Origin: Frankiales bacterium
GTDB taxonomy: Bacteria; Actinomycetota; Actinomycetes; Mycobacteriales; Geodermatophilaceae
NCBI GenBank assembly: GCA_025465155.1
Contig: JAODNJ010000403.1
Coordinates: forward strand, 367-64,366
Reading direction: 5' to 3'
DNA length: 64,000 nt
Part shown: positions 51,309 through 63,753 of the stretch, in pieces
Layout: each line of letters begins with the position of its first letter
Numbering within the stretch: the stretch's first letter is position 1
Notes under the pieces: model-generated
What the model was told of the DNA's origin: nothing
Seen by the model: only the letters and a program-made list of their open reading frames with translations
The model's database searches: none
Made by a program: the position numbers and the translations under genes

Positions 51309-52388
51309 ATGATGTCGCCGAACGGGAAAACCGCCCTGACCAACGTCCGGGTCTTCGACGGGACGCGGCTGCTGTCCCCGGAGACGGTCGTGATCGACCA
51401 GGGCCGGATCACGGCCGACGCCGCCGGCGCGCGGGTGGTCGACGGCGGCGGTGCGGTGCTGCTGCCCGGCCTGATCGACGCCCACGTGCACCTCAGCGGC
51501 CGGCCGGACCTGGAGCGGCTGCGGGAGTTCGGCGTGACCACCGCACTCGACATGGGCTCGGCGCCGCACGAGTTCGTCGACTCCTTGCGCGGCCTACACG
51601 GCCTCACCGATATCCGCAGCGCGGGCGTCCCCGCGATCGCGCCGGGAAGCCCGCACTCGCACATCCCGCTGCTCGGCGAGCTCGGCGTAGTACGCGACGC
51701 CGGCGAGGCGGAGAAGTTCGTCGAAGCCCGGGTGGCCGAGGGCTCCGACTACCTCAAGATCGTCGTCGGCGACCCCGCACCGAGCCACGACCACGCCACC
51801 CTGGCAGCGCTCGTCGCGGCCGCCCGTGAGCGGGGGCTGCTGGTCGTCGCCCACGCCGCTGCCCGGCCGGCGGTGGAGATGGCGCTGAAGGCGGGCGTCG
51901 ACGTACTGACCCACGTGCCGATGGACCTCGCCATGGACGTCGAGACGGCGGCGCGGATGCGGACCGACAGGCGGATCGTCGTGCCCACCCTCGCCATGAT
52001 GGAGGGCATCATCGCCCAGTCGGCGCCGCCCGGCGCCGACTACGAAGCCTCACGCGCCAGTGTGGCCCAGTTGCATCGTGCCGGTGTGCCGATCCTCGCC
52101 GGCACCGACGCGAACTCCGCGCCCGGTGTGCCCGCGGCGATCAGCCACGGCGACAGCCTGCACCGCGAACTGGAACTGCTCGTCGACGCCGGACTGAGCA
52201 CCCTCGACGCCCTGCGCTCCGCCACCGTGCTGCCCGCACGGCACTTCGGTCTCGACGACCGCGGGGTAATCGCCCCCGGTTACCGCGCCGACCTGGTGCT
52301 CATCGACGGCGACCCGGTGCACGACATCAGCGCCACGCGCAGGATCCGCGGCGTCTGGTGCGGCGGCGTCGAACACGTGCCCGCCTGA
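51309..52388 (+). CDS. Metal-dependent amidohydrolase
   Basis: LLPGLIDAHVH, VVAHA, THVP, AGTD, G.IAPGYRADLVL. Confidence 0.92.
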   Translation: MMSPNGKTALTNVRVFDGTRLLSPETVVIDQGRITADAAGARVVDGGGAVLLPGLIDAHVHLSGRPDLERLREFGVTTALDMGSAPHEFVDSLRGLHGLTDIRSAGVPAIAPGSPHSHIPLLGELGVVRDAGEAEKFVEARVAEGSDYLKIVVGDPAPSHDHATLAALVAAARERGLLVVAHAAARPAVEMALKAGVDVLTHVPMDLAMDVETAARMRTDRRIVVPTLAMMEGIIAQSAPPGADYEASRASVAQLHRAGVPILAGTDANSAPGVPAAISHGDSLHRELELLVDAGLSTLDALRSATVLPARHFGLDDRGVIAPGYRADLVLIDGDPVHDISATRRIRGVWCGGVEHVPA

Positions 52389-52430
52389 CGGCCGCGCGAC
52401 ATCCGACACCTGTTCAGGGCCTGGGTGCGC

Positions 52431-53075
52431 TCATCGTGTCGGAGGCATCCACGATCCGTCGATCGGGACGCCGGCGGCCGCGGCGATCCGATCGCGAGAC
52501 GCCAGCAGCCGTGCGCGCAACGCCGGTAGGTCTACCCCGAGCAGCCGGCCATTCCGCTTGACCGCCTTTCCCGCGACGAACACGCTGTCCACCAGACCGG
52601 GATGGCCGGCGGCGACGATCGTGCCGACGGGGTTTCCGACCGGGAAGACCGAGAGATCCTCGGCGTCGAGCAGGATCAGGTCTGCGTCCTTGCCGACGGT
52701 GATGCTGCCTGTCCGGGCGTCCAGGCCGTGAGCCCGCCGTCCAGGCCGCGCTGCACGGCGAAAGCGGTGCGCATGGTGGCGAACATGTCACCGCCGGCGG
52801 ACGGGCAGTCGTCGATCGGGCGGCGACCACTGGGCCAGTCGGCAGCGCCGTGCACGTGCACACTCACTCGCAGCCCGAGTTCCCTCGCCAGCGCGACGTC
52901 GGCGGCAGTGGTGTCCCTTGTGGTCAGTTGCGGGCCGCGCAGGCCCAGCGCCATGCCGTCGTCGGGCAGCTGCGACCGCACACGCTTGATTTCCGCCGCG
53001 ATATCCAGCTCGCCGGCGGTGCCCGCGCAGTAGCAGAACACCGAGTGGCCGGGCGCCTCGCGCAGCGCCGCATCG
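52431..53075 (-). pseudogene. Internally deleted, frameshifted MTA/SAH-deaminase-like amidohydrolase remnant
   Basis: Frame A gives ...REAPGHSVFCY...RVSVHV...IDDCPSAGGDMFATMRTAFAVQRG. After a frameshift near 52730, frame B gives GLDARTGSITVGKDADLILL...VDSVFVAGK...*. The N-terminal HxH region is absent. Confidence 0.8.
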
Positions 53076-53080
53076 CGCAG

Positions 53081-53245
53081 AGCGCCATCCGCGGGCACGC
53101 CGGCAACATCCGCCGCTACTTCCTCGACTCACTCACACCCGAGCTGGCCGCGACCATCCGGGCATGGAGCGCGCAAGTGATCGACCGCATCGAGCCGGAC
53201 CGCGGCGAGACCGTCACGGAGGAACCCGCCATCCGCGGCCTGTGA
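53081..53245 (+). pseudogene. C-terminal remnant of a MarR-type regulator
   Basis: AIRGHAGNIRRYFLDSLTPE...IRAWS.QVIDRI resembles the actinobacterial MarR C-terminal helices; no start or HTH. Confidence 0.55.
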
Positions 53246-53273
53246 GCAAGTGCCCAGGAGAAGCCAGGCGGCG

Positions 53274-54647
53274 TCAGCCGATCAGCCGGGTCGCGTACGG
53301 CATGATCCCGCCGTAGCGAACCGGAGCGATGCGCACCCGCAGACCGGACTCCGGCGCCTCGACCATCTGACCGTTGCCGAGGTACAGCGCGACGTGGTGG
53401 ATGCCGCCATACCCGCCGTAGAAGATCATGTCGCCGCGCCGCATCTGCGACAGCGGCACCTGACGACCCGCGGTGTACTGGTAACCGCTGTAGTGCGGCA
53501 GGGAGGTGACCCCGGCGAAGGCGTACATCATCAGGCCCGAGCAGTCGAAGCCGATCTTGTTGTAGTCGCCGTACTCGTCGGCGACCCCGCCGTCGCGGAT
53601 ACCGCGGCTCGGGCCGCTGGCGTTGCCGCCGCCCCAGGCGTAGGGCATGCCGAGCTTGGACAGCGCCCGCGCGATGACGGCCTCGACACCCGCCCCGACC
53701 GGCGCCGACGACCCGCCGCCGTGAGCCTGGCTGCCGCCACCAGAGTTGTGGCTGGCCGTCAACGCCGCCTGCTGGGCGCGTTGTTCGTCTTCACGCTGCT
53801 TCTGCGCGACCCAGTCGTCGTAGCGCTGACGCTGCCCCTGTAACCCGCTGACCGTGGACTGCGCCGCGTACAACTGCTGTTCGACAGTGGTCTTGTTGGC
53901 CTCGAGCTGCGCGTTCTGAGTCTGCTGCGTGCTCTGCGCGCGCCGCGCCGACGCCGTCGCGGAATCGGCGTTGCCCTTGGCCCGCTGGGCAGCCGCCTTC
54001 TTCTCCTGGGCGTTCTGGAGCGCTTTGCGGGCCGAGGCGTCCTTGTTGGCCTTGGCCGTCTGCGCCTGCTCCATGACCTGCAGCGCGTTCAGCTCGGTAC
54101 CGCCGACGGCGTTGAGCAGCTGCGCCCTGGCCAGCAGGTCCTTCGGGTCGGTGGCGCCGAGGTACGCCGACATCGACCCGATCGTGCTGCCCTGCTGGTA
54201 GCTGCCGGCGACGAACTTGTCGACCGCCGTCCGCGCCTTTTCGATGTCACCGGCGGCGGCGTCGGATTCGACCCGCGCGGATTGGGCGTCCTGCTCGGCC
54301 TGCGACGCGGCGTCCTGCGCGGTCTGCATGTCGACCAGCGCTTTGTTCGCCTGCTCTAGCTTGAGCTCGACGTCGTCCTGCAGCCCAGAGAGCCGGTCTT
54401 CGGCCTGGGCGAGCTGGTTCGTGAGCTTGCCGACCTCGCCCGCTTTCGCGTTGGCGGCGGCCTGGCCGGCGCTGATCTGGGAGTCGCTGGGGTTCGGCGG
54501 AGGCGGCGGCACGGCCGCGCTGACCTGGGCCGTGGCGACCAGAAACACCAGGCCCAGTGCGCCGGCGGTCAGCCAGCGGACGACCTCACGCGTTGTCCTG
54601 CGCACGGCCTCCACCTCTCGTTCTTCCGCTAGAACCCGCTTTGGCAC
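53274..54647 (-). CDS. ripA: NlpC/P60 peptidoglycan endopeptidase, RipA-type
   Basis: Signal, PPPPNPSD, long coiled coil, PYAWGGG, GFDCSGL, HHVALY; ripA-moxR-acn synteny. Confidence 0.9.
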   Translation of the reverse strand: MPKRVLAEEREVEAVRRTTREVVRWLTAGALGLVFLVATAQVSAAVPPPPPNPSDSQISAGQAAANAKAGEVGKLTNQLAQAEDRLSGLQDDVELKLEQANKALVDMQTAQDAASQAEQDAQSARVESDAAAGDIEKARTAVDKFVAGSYQQGSTIGSMSAYLGATDPKDLLARAQLLNAVGGTELNALQVMEQAQTAKANKDASARKALQNAQEKKAAAQRAKGNADSATASARRAQSTQQTQNAQLEANKTTVEQQLYAAQSTVSGLQGQRQRYDDWVAQKQREDEQRAQQAALTASHNSGGGSQAHGGGSSAPVGAGVEAVIARALSKLGMPYAWGGGNASGPSRGIRDGGVADEYGDYNKIGFDCSGLMMYAFAGVTSLPHYSGYQYTAGRQVPLSQMRRGDMIFYGGYGGIHHVALYLGNGQMVEAPESGLRVRIAPVRYGGIMPYATRLIG

Positions 54648-54665
54648 GGACAGCCCCGCGCAGTC

Positions 54666-54691
54666 GTTACCGACTGTTGCTCCACTGTCAC
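54666..54691. promoter_or_regulatory. Candidate MtrA/OmpR-family direct-repeat site upstream of ripA
   Basis: GTTAC-n5-GTTGC-n6-GTCAC. Confidence 0.35.
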
Positions 54692-55043
54692 ACCATCATC
54701 AGATGTCCCACAAGAAACTTACGCACCGTACGCCTCATTTCCCCCATTCAGGGGACCCTCCGACGGGGGATGTCCCCAACGGGTCAACGAGAGGTGTGTC
54801 CGCGACGGCGAGTCCCCTTGAAGTTAAAAAAGGACGCGCGTACTGTTTGGGAGGACGAACGAGGTGTGCCATCCCGCATCGGGACCTACGGTGGGGGTAC
54901 GCAACACTCGGTCCGGCCGCCCCGACGGCCTAGCACTGACGGTCGGACATCGACCAGAACTGACCACCCGAACTGACCCGGGACCCACCGCCCGCGAGCA
55001 CCACGGACCGCGGCCGGACGAGTCCATGCCACTGGAGTTAGAC

Positions 55044-57857
<2,814 letters not shown>

Positions 57858-57872
57858 GGGTTTTCAGCTGGA

Positions 57873-57921
57873 CGTGAAGGCCACCTTCACAGCGTCAGAC
57901 GCTGTGAAGGTGGCCTTCACG
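57873..57921. repeat. Perfect 24-bp inverted repeat with nested palindromes, family A copy 2
   Basis: cgtgaaggccaccttcacagcgtc-a-gacgctgtgaaggtggccttcacg; each arm contains GTGAAGG-nnn-CCTTCAC. Confidence 0.9.
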
Positions 57922-58410
57922 GCTACCGGCTTCACCCCCACGGCGACAAACTGCCGGACGAGCTGCTGTCGCTGATCACCCTCGAAACCACGGCCGACGG
58001 AATCGTCACCTACGAGCTCGTGGTCATCCCCGGACTTCCGCAAACTGAGCCGTATGTTCGCGAGCTGCTGCGGTGGGGCAAGAACTCAGGCGGAACGGCG
58101 TTCGAGTCGAGGGTGAACGCACGACTGGCCCGGCAGGTGATCTTCAACCGACCCTGGTCCACTCGCCTGACCTTCTATGTCCACGAGCACGCGCTTCGCT
58201 CGCTCGTCGGCAGCTCGCAGCTCAGGCACGAGCAGGTATTGCATCTGATCTTGACCAGTTCGCTGCCCAGGTGTCGAATCCTGGTCATCCCGGCCTCAGC
58301 GGCGCCGATCGGGATGTTCGGCGGTTCCTTCCGGTTCATGACCTTCACCGAGGTACCCCCGGTCGTCTATGCCCAGACGCACACGGCAAGCCTCTTCCTC
58401 GAAAACTCTC
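57921..58410 (+). pseudogene. Truncated XRE/DUF5753-type regulator lacking the N-terminal HTH and C-terminal helix
   Basis: GYRLHPHGDKLPDEL...YELVVIPGLPQTEPY...RLARQ...HEHALR...GGSF...VVY...ASLFLE. The frame begins at the repeat edge with no start codon and runs into a second repeat. Confidence 0.75.
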
Positions 58411-58420
58411 ACATGCGTCA

Positions 58421-58491
58421 CCGGCAAACTCACTCCATGGACGCGAGTTTGCCGGCTAGTGACGTGAGTTGCCTGGCCACGGACGCGAGTT
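58421..58491. repeat. 21-bp-periodic repeat with an internal hairpin, family C
   Basis: GGACGCGAGTT (58439), TGACGTGAGTT (58460), GGACGCGAGTT (58481); ccggcaaactc/gagtttgccgg inverted arms. Confidence 0.7.
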
Positions 58492-58504
58492 CCACGTTCG
58501 TGCC

Positions 58505-59209
58505 TCACACTGGGACCGTGACTTCCCAGCGGACGCTGGTGACGGACGGCTCGAGGGACAGGCGGCTGACGGCGGACTCCATCTGGGCGTCGTCGCGCTG
58601 GTCGCCGACGAGCGCGGCGCGGACTTCAACCGAGTGCTGGTCGGGCAGGTCTGTGCTCAGCACCGACAGCAGCCGGAAGTCCGTGCGGGTCAACGCCTGG
58701 ACGAGCAGTGCACGCACGTGGGCTTCGGCGTCGTCACGGGTGACAGCCTCGAACAGGTACTGCGTCGGGACTTCGTCGCCGGTGTCGGGACGCCGGTCGA
58801 CGACGCGCCCGAGGGCCCGCAGGCCGACGTTGACGCCGACGATGACGACCGTTCCCGCCAGCGCGATCTGGTACAGCCCCGCCCCGGCCAGCGAGCCGAT
58901 GGCCGCGGAGCACCACAGGGTCGCGGCGGTGTTGAGCCCGCGGACATTGAGGCCGTCACGAAGAATCACTCCCGCACCAAGGAATCCGATGCCCGACACG
59001 ATCTGCGCGGCGACGCGCGTGGGGTCGCCCTGCGAGGACAGACCGGAGAAGCCGTGGGCCGACAGGAGGACGAACAGGGTGGCACCGATCGCGACGAGGG
59101 CGTTGGTGCGCAGCCCCGCCATCCGGGCGCGGTACTGACGCTCGAACCCGATCACCGCGCCCAGTCCGACCCCGGTTCCGACGCGCAGCAGCATTTCGAA
59201 GGTGTTCAT
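58505..59209 (-). CDS. mgtC: MgtC/SapB family protein with C-terminal ACT-like domain
   Basis: IGFERQ, AGLRTNALVA.G, RVAAQIVSGIGFLGAG, GLNTAATLW..AAIG. Confidence 0.93.
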   Translation of the reverse strand: MNTFEMLLRVGTGVGLGAVIGFERQYRARMAGLRTNALVAIGATLFVLLSAHGFSGLSSQGDPTRVAAQIVSGIGFLGAGVILRDGLNVRGLNTAATLWCSAAIGSLAGAGLYQIALAGTVVIVGVNVGLRALGRVVDRRPDTGDEVPTQYLFEAVTRDDAEAHVRALLVQALTRTDFRLLSVLSTDLPDQHSVEVRAALVGDQRDDAQMESAVSRLSLEPSVTSVRWEVTVPV

Positions 59210-59281
59210 GGTTCCGGCTCTTTTCTGGCGTGCGTACACAAGGCCAGACAGGAAGAAGACCGGGACGAGCCAGCCGCTGGG

Positions 59282-59419
59282 CTAGGGAAGAACCCGCGAA
59301 GGAGCGGCGCTTCGGTTCCGTCCGGTCTTCTCAGGACTGTCTTCCGGCATGTGCCGCTCACCTCGCTTTCGTGCTCGTCGTGTGATGATCAGTTGATCAG
59401 CTCGGCCACTATGCCCCAT
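59282..59419 (-). CDS. Possible 45-aa leader/small ORF upstream of mgtC
   Basis: AGGAGGTG RBS before ATG 59419; internal GAGGTGA RBS and ATG give a 22-aa alternative. No recognisable family. Confidence 0.3.
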   Translation of the reverse strand: MGHSGRADQLIITRRARKRGERHMPEDSPEKTGRNRSAAPSRVLP

Positions 59420-59591
59420 GACGACACCTCCTGGCCACCCCGCTGTGACGCAGTCGTCTCGTGAGCCCTGGTGCCGCGGAAGCCGAGACTGCGACGAGCG
59501 CGGCGGGCGAGGCCAGCGCGCCCGTCCGGCACTCACGTCTCCCTGTTCACACTGGCCTCAAGAATCCGCCGGAACTCTAGCTCAATGACAA

Positions 59592-59634
59592 GAAGGGGAC
59601 CTTCCACGCTCAGAATGCGTGAAAAGTCCCCTTC
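59592..59634. repeat. Palindromic REP-like element, family A copy 3
   Basis: gaaggggaccttccacgc-tcagaat-gcgtgaaaagtccccttc. Confidence 0.75.
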
Positions 59635-59685
59635 AGGCGTTTTAACTGTCAGTGAGAGCAGTCCGTCAGCGAACGCGTCTAGCCA

Positions 59686-61314
59686 CTACCAACTGGTGTG
59701 GACGACCGCACCCGACTTCGGGTCGAGCGTGACCTTCTTGGCCTGCGGCCACCAGAAGTTGAACATGTTCCACAGCCCACCGGACCGCGTGTCGAACGAG
59801 TGGTCGCCGATCTTGCCGGTGAACCAGTTGTCCTCGATGAAGCTCAGAACCGAGGTCTGGTCGGTACGGGTGTGGTCGACGAAGTTGACCTTGCTGTACG
59901 GCGAGATCACCTCGAGCGGCAGCCGCGGACCGTAGCCGCAGCGGTCGGCGTACTGTCCGAGCACGGTGGGCGTGCCCGTGCAGAGACCGACGTCCTGCGT
60001 GGAGTCCTGAGAGCCGTTGATGAGCTGGCTCGCGTGGTCGTACCAGCCGTCGGAGTCGTCGTACGCCAGCACGATCGCTGTCGAACGCCAGTCCGGCGAC
60101 GCCTGGATCTTGTTGATCTCACCGGCGACGAACTGCTGCTCGTCGAGCGGGTCCGAGTAGCCGGCGTGGCCGTCCTGGTACTCCGGGGCCTTCAGGAAGC
60201 TGACCGCCGGCATCGAGCCCGCCTTGAGCGACGCGTCGAAGTCCGACGTGTCGTACTGGTGGTTCGCCTGATCCGTCTGCCCGATCGCCTTGACCGAGCT
60301 CGGGGCCAGGTGCTTCGGGTTGGCCGTCGACTTGTAGTACTGGAACGGCTCGTGGTGCGGGCTGTAGTCGACGGACGCCTGGCCGCCGACGTTGGCGTGC
60401 TTCTGCCCGCACACGGCGAACCCGTTGGCGCTGCCCGTCGGGCGGAACCCGCCCTGGAACCAGCCCCAGCTGACGCCCCGCTGGTTCAACAGGTCGCCGA
60501 TGTTCTGGCCCCCCATGCTGGCGAGGTTGTCCGTGGCCGTGTGGTTCTTGTCCGAGCAGTCGTCATACGCCGGGTCCGGGTCGTTGATGACGGTTCCGAC
60601 GCCCTGGGCGTTGGGCGAGGCAACCGCGTACGCGTCCGTCGTCGGCTGGTGCGTGACCGAAGTGAGCGCCTGCGCACCGTGTGTCTGCCCCGAGATCAGG
60701 TTGAGCGCTCCCGGGGTCGACGGGCCGAACGTCGTGTTGTAGGAGTTGTCGCTCATCGCGTAGTGCTGAGCGTAGTTCCACATCCCGGTGACCGTGTTGC
60801 CGTCGTAGTAGTCCATCACCAGGCCCGGCTCGCCGAAGAGCACCGGCTGGCCGGTGCACTTTTCGCGTTCGGTGTGCTCGACGAACTGGTCCATCTTGCC
60901 GCCGTTGAACGCCTTCTGCTCCGAGCTGTAGCCGTGGTCCTGGTCGCAGGTCAGCGCCTGGGCCGGACCGAGCCGCTTCGGGTTGTAGGCGTTCGGGTTG
61001 TTGTTGAGCAGCTGCGGGGACAGCCCGTTCACCTGGGGCGTGTTCCGCGCCGCGGTGAACGGCGTGCCGTCGGCGTTGGTCGCGTTCGGGTATGTGCCGA
61101 AGTAGTGGTCGAACGAGATGTTCTCGCCGAAGATGACCACCACGTGCTTGATCGGGGTCGCCGTGGGCGTCCAGTCGGGGCGCAGGCTCAGCAACGGCTG
61201 CGCGTCCGCCCCGCCGGCTGCCGAGGCGGAGACCGCCACGAGCGCCGCGACGGAGGCCAGCGCGCCGGCACCGAGAAGTCGCCGACGTCGCCACCTGCCG
61301 GGTCTTTTTTCCAC
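59686..61314 (-). CDS. Secreted phosphoesterase / phospholipase C (AcpA/PLC, alkaline-phosphatase-like fold)
   Basis: Arg-rich Tat-like signal (RWRRRRLL), IKHVVVIFGENISFDHYFG, DQDHGY, PSTPG, YDDSDGWYDH, GPRLP; AGGAGG RBS. Confidence 0.9.
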   Translation of the reverse strand: MEKRPGRWRRRRLLGAGALASVAALVAVSASAAGGADAQPLLSLRPDWTPTATPIKHVVVIFGENISFDHYFGTYPNATNADGTPFTAARNTPQVNGLSPQLLNNNPNAYNPKRLGPAQALTCDQDHGYSSEQKAFNGGKMDQFVEHTEREKCTGQPVLFGEPGLVMDYYDGNTVTGMWNYAQHYAMSDNSYNTTFGPSTPGALNLISGQTHGAQALTSVTHQPTTDAYAVASPNAQGVGTVINDPDPAYDDCSDKNHTATDNLASMGGQNIGDLLNQRGVSWGWFQGGFRPTGSANGFAVCGQKHANVGGQASVDYSPHHEPFQYYKSTANPKHLAPSSVKAIGQTDQANHQYDTSDFDASLKAGSMPAVSFLKAPEYQDGHAGYSDPLDEQQFVAGEINKIQASPDWRSTAIVLAYDDSDGWYDHASQLINGSQDSTQDVGLCTGTPTVLGQYADRCGYGPRLPLEVISPYSKVNFVDHTRTDQTSVLSFIEDNWFTGKIGDHSFDTRSGGLWNMFNFWWPQAKKVTLDPKSGAVVHTSW

Positions 61315-61363
61315 TGTGGTCCTCCTGTGATGAACCCTGTTGCGGGGACTGTTTTCTTGCTGT

Positions 61364-62590
61364 TCAGCCGAGCAGAGCGCGGCCGTAGTGGTCTTCGGGC
61401 CCGGTCACCCCGGGCAACACGAAGAAATAACCCCCACCGGTCGGGGAAATGTAGTCGACCAGCGGCTCGTCGGCGAGCCGGGTCTGGATCGCCTCGAACT
61501 GGCGTTCGGTATCCTGCTGGTAGCAGGTGAACACCAGACCCATGTCGAGGTTGCCGTTGACGTCGACACCCCGGTCGTAGTTCGCCGCCCGCCGCAGGAT
61601 CCGGCTCGAATCGGTCTCCGGGGTGCGCGGGTTGGCCTTGCGAATGTGGGCGGTCAGCGGGATCACCGTGCCGATCGGGTCCTGCGCGTACTGCGGAACG
61701 TCCATTTCCTTGGCACCGTCGAGTGGGGCGCCGGTGTCACGGCGACGCCCGAACATGTTCTCCTGCTCGGAGAGCGAAACGCGGTCCCAGAACTCCACGA
61801 GCATCCGGATCACCCGCACGACCTGATAACTGCCACCCGCCGTCCACGACGGCTCACCCGCACCGCCGGCGACCCAGACGAGCCGGTCCATTTCGGCGGC
61901 GTCGGTCGGGACGGGGTTCGCGGTGCCGTCCTTGAAGCCCATAAGGTTCCGGGGAGTGCCGTCAGGCCGCGGTGGCGAGCTGAAACCGTTGACCTTCCAA
62001 CGGAGCTGCATGCCGCCGCGAGTCGCACGAGCGATGTCCCGCAACGCGTGCACCACCGTGTCCGCGTTCGCGGCCGACAGCGTCAGACTGAGATCACCAT
62101 GGCACTCAGCTGGATCCAACGCGTCGTTGGGGAACGTCGTCATCGGCTTCAACTTCGCGGGTTTGCGGTCCGCCAGCCCATAACGCCCGTCGAACAGGGA
62201 CGAACCGACGCCGACAATCACCGAGAGGTCACCAGCGGGCACGGTGGGACCCAGTACACCCGAGTCGGCGGGCGGACCGGTGATGCCGAGCGCCGCCGGG
62301 GAACCTCCGGCGGTGAGGAACCGCGCCCGGTCGGTGATCGAGCGCAGGAGGGCCGTGAGTTCGGCCTTGTTCTCAGCGATGACGTCGAACGAGGCGACGA
62401 TCGTCTGCCCGGGCGGCTCACGGAGGATTGACGCCTGGTGGACCCCGTGGAACGGCACGGCCGAGTCGTTCGCGTCAGCCGCCGGAGCGAGGGTGACGCC
62501 CAGGCCGGCACCGGCCACCCCGACCGCGGTCGCGCTAGCGCCCATCGCGGCTCGGCGGAGGAAAACCCGCCGGGGCAGATCGGCACTCAA
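61364..62590 (-). CDS. efeB: Tat-exported Dyp-type heme peroxidase (EfeB-like)
   Basis: TTG start overlapping the efeO stop, with a GGAGG RBS; RRVFL Tat motif, [32 protein letters not shown]. Confidence 0.9.
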   Translation of the reverse strand: MSADLPRRVFLRRAAMGASATAVGVAGAGLGVTLAPAADANDSAVPFHGVHQASILREPPGQTIVASFDVIAENKAELTALLRSITDRARFLTAGGSPAALGITGPPADSGVLGPTVPAGDLSVIVGVGSSLFDGRYGLADRKPAKLKPMTTFPNDALDPAECHGDLSLTLSAANADTVVHALRDIARATRGGMQLRWKVNGFSSPPRPDGTPRNLMGFKDGTANPVPTDAAEMDRLVWVAGGAGEPSWTAGGSYQVVRVIRMLVEFWDRVSLSEQENMFGRRRDTGAPLDGAKEMDVPQYAQDPIGTVIPLTAHIRKANPRTPETDSSRILRRAANYDRGVDVNGNLDMGLVFTCYQQDTERQFEAIQTRLADEPLVDYISPTGGGYFFVLPGVTGPEDHYGRALLG

Positions 62591-63753
62591 GAGACCCTCC
62601 GGGGTTCGGTGATGGCGGCGATCGGCGCGAGGAGTTCGGTCAGCTGGCCGACATCTCCGTTGATCTTCTGCCGCTGCGGCTGGGCCAGTTGGGTGACCGG
62701 AGTCCAGGAACCGTCGGCCTGCCGCGCCGTCTGGATGGCCGCCTGAGCCCTGGCCAGCCACGAATCCGCGGTCGGCAGCGCCGGGTAGCGAGGGATGAGC
62801 AGCGGCCGCAGGACGTCGAGCACCGCACGGGTGCCGTCGAGGTTCGCCAGGGCGGTGGCGAGGTTGGTGCCGCTGCCGTAGTCGGTCTTGCCGGTCAGTT
62901 CGAACTGCAGCGCGTTCTCGACGATCTCGTGGGCGCGCAGGCCCAGGTCGTTGGGATCGACCTGTGAGGAGGGGAAGGCCTCCCGCAGCTTCCGCGCGTC
63001 GGTGTCCAGCTGGTCCACGACGGCGCCGAGAGCCTCCATCGGCTCGCCATGCCACAAACCGAACTCGAGGCGGTGGAAACCGGTGAAACCCGGATCGGAC
63101 GTTCCACGGGGCAGACCGGCGGTGGTTCCGTTGAGCGCGCCGTCGGAATCACCGAACGCGTCGTAGGCCGCGCCGAGCCGCTCGTAGGACAGATGCGCGG
63201 TCAACCACGCTGTCTGACTCGCCGCCCGGTCCCCCGAGTGGACTGCGGACTTGAGCTTGTCGGTGTCCGTGATCAGCGTGCCGAGGCCCGCTGTCACCTT
63301 CTCGGTGTACGCCTTCAGCGGCGCGAGGAGATCGTTGCTGGTCACCGGGACGACCGACGGCCCGGAGCGCTCAGCGCCACCGGTCACCTTCGAGACGGGT
63401 CCGACGATCGCGCTCGTTTCGTCGGGCAAGCAGCGGAAGGCGTACTCACCGTTACCCAACGTGACAGCCATCGGGCGGGTCGTGTCGGGGCCGAGGCCCT
63501 CGACCTCACCGAAGATGGTCCCCGTTCCCGGGTCGATCAGGTCGACCTCGGCGGTCACGGTGCCGGTGTTGTGCAACTCGAAGGTCTGCGGTCCCGGCTT
63601 CGGATCTTCCCAGCCCAGGCCGCAGGAAGACCGCGATACCGAGATCTCCGGATCCTTCGCGGTGGCCGAACCGGGCCAGAGGACCACCACCGCGCCCGCC
63701 ACGACGAGGACGGCGATCGCCCCGATCCCGCCCGTACGCACAGAGCGCCGCAC
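62587..63753 (-). CDS. efeO: EfeO/EfeM-like protein (cupredoxin-like domain + peptidase-M75/imelysin-like domain)
   Basis: N-terminal [40 protein letters not shown]. Confidence 0.85.
   Translation of the reverse strand: MRRSVRTGGIGAIAVLVVAGAVVVLWPGSATAKDPEISVSRSSCGLGWEDPKPGPQTFELHNTGTVTAEVDLIDPGTGTIFGEVEGLGPDTTRPMAVTLGNGEYAFRCLPDETSAIVGPVSKVTGGAERSGPSVVPVTSNDLLAPLKAYTEKVTAGLGTLITDTDKLKSAVHSGDRAASQTAWLTAHLSYERLGAAYDAFGDSDGALNGTTAGLPRGTSDPGFTGFHRLEFGLWHGEPMEALGAVVDQLDTDARKLREAFPSSQVDPNDLGLRAHEIVENALQFELTGKTDYGSGTNLATALANLDGTRAVLDVLRPLLIPRYPALPTADSWLARAQAAIQTARQADGSWTPVTQLAQPQRQKINGDVGQLTELLAPIAAITEPRRVS

Noticed and set aside
58421-58491. Mini-CRISPR array
   Set aside because: Units are 11 bp with ~10-nt spacers, and there are no cas genes.
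58020-59138. 372-aa intact protein
   Set aside because: Only the first ~130 codons are DUF5753-like; the rest is repeat sequence and antisense mgtC.
59210-59680. M-box (ykoK) riboswitch upstream of mgtC
   Set aside because: The conserved AGGTGAGGCT...GACGCCA core is not recognisable by eye; an Infernal scan is needed to exclude it formally.
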